DNA of 56,264 nucleotides, counting the filler, from Jimgerdemannia flammicorona (lineage: Eukaryota), in assembly GCA_003990765.1 (NCBI GenBank). It is 3 parts of 3 records of this genome, joined end to end, with 100 filler letters (N's around TTAATTAATTAA, not from the genome) between each part and the next. Parts side by side here need not be neighbours in the genome. Positions count along the whole stretch, not along the records: positions 37,581 to 56,264 come from RBNJ01002136.1; 2 more parts are not named here. One strand, written 5' to 3'. The translations under genes and the position numbers were made by a program. Shown piece after piece: positions 47,880-56,264 of this stretch (position 1 is the stretch's first letter; every line of letters begins with the position of its first letter). The notes under the pieces were generated by a model. That model was not told the origin of the DNA, ran no database searches, and saw only the letters and a program-made list of their open reading frames with translations.

Positions 47880-48901
47880 TAATTCTTATCTTTGATGGTA
47901 GAGATTATACTATATAGATATACTATATAAAGAATCTCTTGAAGAAATATAGTTTAGAGAACTACTGGAAACCACAGGTACAAATAATAGGATATAATAC
48001 TGTAAAGAATTACAGAGTACTAAGAAAGATTATATTCATCCTTTTGAATATATAAATGAAACTCATCATCAATATTATAATAGTAAATGAAACCTAGAAG
48101 ATCTTATATAATTACCACTAACAGATATCTGTATTAAACAGATTCTACTTGAAAGTACAACTGTTCAATCTCTAAATAAAGTTCAAAAAGAGTATCTAGA
48201 ACTATGCCAATTATATTAATAATCTGATAAATTAAGTGAATTCTCTTTCTATGTTGGCAGATACTATTAAGGATGAAGACAGAGTTCTGATCCTTATATA
48301 AGGCCTTCTTAAGATATATAATATAGTTGTCACTACTATGAGGGAATCCAGTAAGCTATCAGACTATAAGTATATTATTACAAGCCTTTTAAATGAGAAA
48401 TCAAGACTGGGCAGCAATGATAATGAGAATGGTGATGAAAAAGTATTCTATAGAGTATATAGATAAGTCAAAGACAAGTAAGGCAAAGAATGAGAGCAAA
48501 GCCAGCAGTATAGTAGTCAGTATAATAGTCAATGAGCTAAATTTAATAGTAAATACTTCTACTGTAATAAGTATATATACTATGAGTAAGACTGCAACTA
48601 TAAAAAGAAAAAAAAGAGTAATCAATAGTAATAAAGACAATAGTAGACAAACACAATAGATACTAATAATAATAGAAGCAGCAGTAGTAGAGGTTTATTC
48701 TTTATAGAAGTAGCAATCTATCTATATATAGAGAGAGAGATAGAAGCAAATTTAGAAAAAACTTTTACACTAACAAAAAAATTGATATAAGCACTAGTAT
48801 CAATATAAGCTATATATCTAGCAGTATTAATATATATAGCAAAGAGATCTGGCTAATGGATTCTAGTACAACATAATATATAATAGTATATTATAAGTAG
48901 T
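47880..48901 (+). pseudogene. Heavily decayed Ty1/copia gag-protease remnant, split by LINE-C
   Basis: IFDGRDYTI*..L, ET*KIL..NRFYLKVQL, IKDEDRVLILI*GL..Y..VVTT..LLNEKSR, decayed knuckle KYFYCNK....*DC, and protease WLMDSSTT*YI (from WxxDSGATxHM). Confidence 0.75.
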
Positions 48902-49099
48902 TTTTTATATATAAAAAGGTCTGAGACCAGACTCCTTTTGCTTGAACCATTCAGAGTAAGCTAAGCCACATGGACATCTTTTCACAACAAGCAACATGTT
49001 TTCAAGTTTTCCTGTTATCTATTCTGGTATACAAGATGCAGCAGGAGTCTAGCTACAGTAGACAATAAGTCTCATCTGTTTCAGTGGAGTTTTCGTCAG

Positions 49100-50948
49100 A
49101 TGGCGACCGAGGGTTCATCAAGCTCTGAGCATTTGGAGAGAAGGAGGCCTGGTCTGGGTCTCCCTAAGAGTTATGTGGTGACAGTTGGAGCTGGTGTAGG
49201 GGCAAGAGGAGTGGGTGATCAGGGGAGACAGGCTGGTATTGAGAGTTGGCACACAGTGATGGGGGGCAGGAGGGCAACTATTAGGTCCATGGGGGTAGAG
49301 CAGAGGAGACATAGTGTTGATAGGGGTGGGAGTCAGGTGACTGGCCAGGTGACTGATCAGGTAACAGATCAGGTGTCTGCTAGGGGCCAGGGGTCCGGAA
49401 GTGGTGTGGCTGGGACTAGTATTCCTGGGGCTGGGCTGGTGGCTAGGGTGACTGCTGGAGTGTCAGAGAACAGAAAGAAGGTGATGATGGTAGCAGGTTC
49501 CAGTGAACTGGTGGTATGTCCCTTCTTCCACAAGTCAGTGTCAATGTGGGCCATTTCAGCAAATTTTCTGGGACTGGGGATGTCTGCTAGGGAGGTCTTG
49601 TGGCTAGTGAGAGAGGAGATTGCAGGGACAGAGTCAATGAAGTTCATCCCATCAGCTGAGACAGTTGAGATAGGATTTGTCGAGGAGGAGGAGATGGTGA
49701 AGGCCTTGGAGAAAGGGCTGGTCATCAAGAGCATCAAGGTTGGCATGGCAAGATGCCTGAGATGGGACCCACAGGCAGTGCGACTGGTGATTGAAGGACT
49801 GCTAACATTGGGGAGACAGGAGATCAAAGGAATGGTGGTGGAGGCACTGAGGACATTTGGTGAGATGGTTGATTTTGGATTCATGTTCTGGGAGGGGACT
49901 AAGCTGAGGAATGGCAATTGTGAGGTGATGGTAAGGCTGGAAGGCAAGGAGGCCACAGGGCAAGGGAGGGATTGGCCAGAAGTAATTCGTATCAGAGAGC
50001 AGGAGTGCAAAGTATGGAGAAGGAAGAGTTCTGAGCAGGAGGAGGAGGAATTACTAGTTGTCCTAGAGGAGAGAGAGGCTGTGAAGGAACTGTGAAAGCA
50101 GAGATAGGAGGAGTTTGCCAAAGACTGGATCTGGATCCCAACAGATAGGAGGAGGAAGAGATAGCAAAGAGCAAACTAGGAGTGCCTGCAGACAGTCCTC
50201 CAGGGCTCAGAAAGGGAGGAAAAGGAAAGAGTGGAGGTGGCCAAAAATCAGATGGAAGAGGTGAAGACAGCTGAGGTGTCCTTTATACAACTAGGGGGTG
50301 TGGAGAACTCTACTCATGCACTGGTAAAGGGGAAGTGGGCTGATAAGGAGGAGGCGGCCACTGGGGGCTTTGAGGAGGTTATCGAGGTGGTACTGGAGAC
50401 CCAGTTGGAGGATGTTCACATGGCAGAAGTGGCAAATATTCATTGGGAATGCCCAGAAGCAGGCAAAGTGGTCTGGCTGGAGAAAGGCACTAAGGAGGAT
50501 GACCTGGTGGATGTGGTATCCGATGTATTGGTAGATAGAGAGATGCTACAGAAGCTGAGTAGGACCCTGAGGCTAGCCACCCCTGGGCCCATGGTGATGA
50601 TGGCAGATGACTGGTATCAGGCAGTGCTCGAGGAACTTGCAGAGGAGAATATCAAGGAAGTGGATATATTCAATAGATTGCAAGAGGCCTGGGAAGGGTT
50701 TCTCAATGTGGTATGTATTGCAGGGGCCAAAGTTGGTGACAGCGATGGTAGCAGTGCTTCTGGATGATGAAGGATATGAGATAGATGAGGACCATATGGC
50801 TGATATCAGGAAGGTGGCATCAGAGCAAGTGGAGGCCTTCTGCAGTGGTAGAAATGGAGCCCATATCTGGAGAGCTATCTGTAAGGAATGGAAGACAATA
50901 ATCTGTGGTAGGGCTGAAAAGGTGGTGGCAACTCCAGCTGAGCTTTAA
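49100..50948 (+). pseudogene. LINE-C ORF1, disrupted
   Basis: MARCLRWDPQAVRL and KLRNGNCEVMVRLEGKEATG are homologous to ORF1 of LINE-A and LINE-B. Confidence 0.8.
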
Positions 50949-50960
50949 ACATTTATATCC

Positions 50961-53900
50961 ATGATGATGAACAGTCTATGTATATTATCGCTAAATGTAA
51001 ATGGTTTGTGTGATGGAGTGAAGTGAAGGCATTTGTTTCGGTGGCTGAAGATCAGGAGGTATAATGTAGTATTTCTGCAGGACATTCAGGTCTATGGGGA
51101 GCAAGATTATGAGGAATGGGGCAAGGAATGGTATGGTAGTATAGAGTGGAATGAGCAGGTGGGCATCTTGGTTGGCTTGGGGAGAGGAGAGCTGAAGGAG
51201 GTTGAGATATATAGTGATTGATTGGTCTGGGGGAGATTGAAAGGAGGAGCTGGCAATGGACTGGTGGTTGGCTCTGTGTATCTGCCGGCAGTTGGCAGAG
51301 AGTGAAACCAATGGGTGGAAGGTTGGCTGGATTGGGGAGGCTGAGATGAGATTGGGCTGGATGTTCTGGGGGGGGACTTCAACATAGTGCATGACAGGAC
51401 ACTAGATAGGTCTGATGGTGGAGTTGGTGTGGCAGTTTCTACAGAGCTCTCATGATGGCTTTAAGGTGAGAAGGAAATGGGATTGGTTGATGGAGTATGA
51501 CAACATCAAGGTGAGAAGTCAGGGCCATTCACTAGGTGGCATCTGGTCAGTGAGGATTTGGTTGGTATGAGGATTGACTGGATTCTGATAGCAGTATGCT
51601 GGGGCAATGTTTTGGACTCGACAGAGGTGTGGTAGTGTCCCTGGTCAGATCACTGGGGTGTGGAGGTGTGTGGGAGATTCCAGGCAGCCAGTGGCAGTGG
51701 AGGCAGATGGAGACTTAATGTGGCACTACTCAAGAGACAGATGGAGCAGGACCAGTTTGTTGAAATTGCAAGAAGAGAAGTGGTACGGTGGAAGAACAGT
51801 GGCCAGTCAATAGCACAGTGATGGGGGAAATTTAAACATCTGGCAGGTGCATATTGGCATGATGTAGGAGAGGTAGCTGGGAGGGAGCAGAAGGATAGAG
51901 AAAGGAGAGTAGAGCAGGGGCTTCACTGGCGGCTAAGACTTCTGGAAGGAGAGAACTCCTCAGGGATACAATGCTCCCTGTTGATCAAGGAGGTGGCTGA
52001 GTTGTGGTCAGATTTGAAGGTGGCAGAAGATAGGGTGGTGGATGGGTTGCTGATAAGATTGCGAGCAAAGTGGTTGGAAGAAGGTAAGCGACCCACCAAA
52101 TACTTGTCCAGAATACTGAGAACTAGGAGGGTGCAGCATAGCTGGGCTTCAGTGTTGTAAGAGGATGGAACTGAGGTGACTGATATCACAGATATGCTTG
52201 GGGAGATCTTTGGTCAATGGTGCACCCTATGGCAGGATGATAGAGGGCTGGTGGAGAGAGAGACAATGCTGAAGGCTCATAACAATTTAGTTGGCAGCTG
52301 GCCAGTAGTGGCAGAGCCTGCAATTGGTGGGGTAGTAATGAGTAGAGTGACCCTTGAAGAGGTGTTGGAGGTTCTGAGGAAAGTGCAGACTGGTTCATCA
52401 CCAGGGGAGAATAGACTGCCTTGGGAGTTCTGGAAGGAGTTTCGAATGGAGTTTGGGGCATAGCTCATGGAAATGGTGAACTTTATGCTTGGGGAAGGCT
52501 GCTGGATTGACAATGGCTCCTTAGGGCTAGTCTCTCTGCTCTATAAGAAGAAAGGGGACAGACATGTGTGGCGGAACTGGAGGCCCATCATATTACTGAA
52601 TGTGGATAGGAAGTTGGTTTCCAAGATACTGGTAGGGAGAATGCAACAATGGATTGGCTGATTGGTGGAACAGCAAGGGTTTGTGAAGGGGAGACAGATT
52701 CAAGACAGCACAGCCTGGATGCAAAATGTCTTGGAGGGTTGTAGAAGCCAGCAGGTGGATGGAAGAATGGTGTTCTTAGACCAGGAAAAGGCATACAACA
52801 GAGTGTGGTGGAACTACTTGGAGGTGGTTCTACAGAAGGCCAGGTTTGGCATGGGGGAGGCTCAAAAACTGATGGGTCTGGTACGAGGATGCTGGGCAGC
52901 AGTGTTGATGAATGGGTGGAGTGGCCCAAAGTTTTTCTTAGGGCAAGGTATGCCACAGGGGGATCCACTTTTACCCCTGCTTTATATTTTATCTTTGGAG
53001 CCCTTGTTGGTATGGCTGAAGAGGAGGCTTACCAGGTTGAAGATGGGGGAGGTGATCTGGAAGCTGGGGGCCTTTGTGGATGACATGGTGGTAGGGTTAG
53101 GCAGTGTGGAAGATGTGGTGAGCCTGCAGGAAGAGATAGGACAGTATGAGATGTTGGCAGGGGCAAAGCTGAACTGGGGCAAGTGTGAGACCATGGAGCT
53201 TAGAGCTGGCTTGGGGGAGCATGGATACTTTGGACAATTAGTTGGTCCTGGGGAGGTAGTTCAATATTTGGGTATCTGGTTCTCGGTATATGGGACAGTG
53301 CTGCCGAAAGAGTGGTGGTGTGGATTGGTACAGAAGTGGGAGAATGCCTTGGCGGGCTGGTCTGGGAGGGGCTTCTCTTTGGTTGGGAGGATTGTAGTCT
53401 TGAATGTATATTGGTTACCGAAGCTGTAGTACTTGGGGTACCACCTGGACTTTCCAGAATAGGTGGTGCAGAAACTGAAGAAGGTGGTCAAAGGATGGCT
53501 ATGGCAGGGAAGGAGACTATAGATTAGTTGGGAGGTAATGGTGATACTGAGGGCAGATGGAGGTCTGGGGCTAGTGGACTTTAGAAGGTGTCTGAAGGTA
53601 CTTCGGAGCTGGTGGGGTTATCGAATAGCAGAATTAGGAGGGGAGGGTTGGAGCAAACTGGCTATGGATAACTGGAAAGTTAGGTTCTGCCCCCAGAGTG
53701 AGGTTCAGAAGGATATGCAAGGTCTGCTCCAGATTGAAAGGGTTGGCAGGTTGTGCTATCAGGGATTCTGGTGGGGTATTGTGGAGGCTTGGCTAGCAAT
53801 GAGACTTATGGGTCCAGAGCCTGGTAAAAAAGAGGAGGACCCAGAACAGCAATGGTGGCAATTTGGTGTGATGCGTATTGGCAGCTGCCTGTTGGTTGAA

Positions 53901-54590
53901 TACTCTCTAACTGGGGTGATGGAGTGGATCTGGACAGGTCTGCTTGAGAGGTGGCCAGTTGGTTGGTAGAAGGCTGGGTTTGGAGAAGAGTGGGAGTGGG
54001 GTCGGGTTTGGGGCTGGGGGACCTCACTACTCAAGATTGCCCCACCTAAGCTCTGGGTAGTATGGTGGCGATTTTTGCAGAGGAATGTCATGTTGGGGTA
54101 TAGGACAGGGTGGATGGTGGATGATGGTGTAAAGGAATGTAAGTGGTGCTGTGAGCTAGATGGGAGAGTGGTGCAGATGCTGGAGTATGTTCTGGCAGCC
54201 TGTCTAAGGGTTGAAGGATTTTAGCAGACATTAGAAGGTTATTGGAGAGAAGAGAGTGAGCAGGCAGGGGGCCCCACTTGCCAGGTGATCAAGCATCGAC
54301 TGGTGGGAGACATTGGGGACATCTGGGGAGGTCTGGGTCAGATCATCGACATCTGAGTGCTGATGGCAGTGTACTGGCGATGGGTGTTCGAGAGAGATCC
54401 TTGGATGGGAATTAGAGAATTGGTAGAGTAGTGGAAGGGGTTGCTTTTGGAAGTGGTGTAAGGGTGGTGGTATCAGGAGAAGAGGCACCAGTTGGGGGCC
54501 ATGAAGAAGGTGTTAGACATTATTCAGAGGAGTCAGGAGCACCTCGTACTTGGTGAGAAGGGGGTGAGGTGGAAAGAAGGTGTAGGCTGA
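50961..54590 (+). pseudogene. LINE-C ORF2 (APE-RT-zf), disrupted
   Basis: MMMNSLCILSLNVNGL, LGGDFN, RIDWIL, WSDH, WRPIILLN, LDQEKAYN, QGDPL, FVDD, YLGI, KECKWC. Confidence 0.9.
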
Positions 54591-54737
54591 TGAGCTCTTC
54601 CTTGTATTATGATTTCATAGTCAAGGGTTGGGTTCATTATTGTTCTAAGGTAATTGATGGAATACATGGATAGTGTAATATAGACTAGTGGAATAAAGGA
54701 AGTCCAAGTGACTATAAAAAAAAAAAAAAAAAAAAAA

Positions 54738-55012
54738 TTTCTATATATAAAAAGTTCAAGTACCCCATATCTATCAAACTGGATAATAATAATATTAATA
54801 TATACCTGCATGAGAATATTGATAAACTCTCAGACATCTTTATAGATACATATATTACATATTCTAGATATAGACAAGAATCTCTTCTTAATAGGCCAGA
54901 TGATGGCTCAAGGAGATAAAAGAGTAAATATATACTCAAACAGTGTGATGGTAATCTATCTAAAGAATAATAAGAAGTTAATATATATATTAAAAAGATA
55001 AAACCTATATAT
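54738..55012 (+). pseudogene. Continuation of the copia protease region after LINE-C
   Basis: LHILDIDKNLFLIGQMMAQG resembles the copia VLhVPxLxxNLxSxxxL..G pattern. Confidence 0.55.
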
Positions 55013-56250
55013 TGTAATATGTCTGGCTCAATGGAGACAAATTACAAGGTTGGGGGTTGATGTAGTTTGGCTTGAGCCCTCAGTTATTTTGTCAAAAGCA
55101 ACAAAATGTTCTAAGATTCTAGAGGTCCTTGGTGTTTAGTGGTATAATAGTTAAAATCTGGATACTATGCAAGTGGTTTCCTTTTTGGGACAGGTTCTTG
55201 GGTGTAGCGATGATTTATGTATATGTGTGTGAATGAATTTCCTTCCTGGGTCAACTGAGAATACCACAATTTTGTATAGTAAGGCAATTTCCAAAAGTAT
55301 GCAATTTCTGAGTGACAGTCTTGGTGTGATGATCTCTGTATAGTATAACAATCTCTCAAGTGTGACAGTCTAGCATTTAGTGGTTCTCCTTCTTGAGTAG
55401 CAGTGATCTCTATATAGCATGGTGGGTTCCTTATGCAGAACATTCTGACAATTTGGTGGAAAACTCGATTTGGCTCACTGGGAATAGAGGATGTCATGGA
55501 TCCTTCTTACTGGGAATTGTACTGGCAGTGGATAACTCAATAACTTGGGCTCACTGGGAACAAATAACTCAGATGTTATGGGAACTCAGATAGCATGAAT
55601 CAAGTTCTTCTGGGAATGCAGATAACTTGAAAATGGCAGATGATGCAGATTTGGCAGGCTTCTTGAAAATGGTGGCTTTAACTGGGAATTAACTCAGATA
55701 GCATGAATTCTTCCTGAATTAGCTTCAACTGGGAAACAGCAGCAAAGTTCTTCCTTGAACTTGGTGGCAAAATCTTCAAGCTTTGTATTGGAAAGTAGAC
55801 CAGAGTGGAAAAAGGGAATCAATGCTCACAATCTCCTAGTAGTGGCTATAGAGCAGGCATTTCTCTTAAGTATTGCAATCCTTCCTGGATCAAGTGGCTT
55901 TTGGCAGATATATCTCTCGAAGTATAATAGGCAGACTTGTCTTTTGCTTTTTGGATTCAATTTTCAGACTGAGGTTTATTCACTCTTATCTCTGGGGTAT
56001 TTTATACATTGTAGTTGCTATCTGATTACTATGTAGCTAACTATAGATCTGCTACTTATGGTGTTTTGGTAAATGGTCACTATCTGGCAGACAGCTACTG
56101 TCCAGGGAACAGCCACTGTTCACATTATTCCCTTCTTTGGCTATCTGGTTATTTATACATTTTCTGCAGTAATGGTTGCTGGTTACTATGCTATACTAAT
56201 GTTTATGTCACCTGGTTAGGTTTTGAGATTGCTATGTTTCAGGGTTTGTC
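55013..56250 (-). repeat. Best-preserved copy of the long LTR-like family, truncated by the contig end
   Basis: Starts tgtaat. Contains ctgaggtttattcactct plus a TATA-like motif, a module also present in the El1 LTR. Homologous to 46030-46830. Confidence 0.6.
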
Positions 56251-56264
56251 TTTTTTTTTTTTTT

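Larger units (their letters stand above)
48919..54737 (+). mobile_element. Full-length L1/Tx1-like LINE-C (divergent family) with poly(A) tail and TSD
   Basis: Poly(A) at 54716-54737. TSD ttt(t/c)tatatataaaaag at 48902-48918 and 54738-54754. Confidence 0.95.

Overview
This is eukaryotic, almost entirely transposon-derived DNA, probably fungal; an early-diverging Mucoromycota/Glomeromycotina-like host is an inference only. No intact host gene or RNA gene is evident. The window is three contigs of about 18.69 kb (1-18691, 18792-37480, 37581-56264) joined by 100-bp N spacers that contain a six-frame-stop linker, so adjacency across the gaps is probably artificial. It holds three long L1/Tx1-like LINEs plus one fragment, two complete Ty3/gypsy LTR retrotransposons (one with a chromodomain) and two partial relatives. 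It also holds a Ty1/copia remnant, a decayed Tc1/mariner-type transposase flanked by inverted minisatellite arrays, a hAT-like MITE, and a poly(A)-tailed, TSD-flanked VNTR retroposon. All copies are eroded by C>T/G>A transitions. The main result is that two structurally different Ty3/gypsy lineages share three accessory modules. (1) A dUTPase, downstream of the protease in one lineage and upstream in the other. (2) An unrecognised 33-aa CxH-x12-CxxC domain that always sits between the dUTPase and the protease (3 copies). (3) An unrecognised ~150-aa ORF in the env position after pol (3 copies). All translations and alignments were done by eye; boundaries of decayed elements are approximate.
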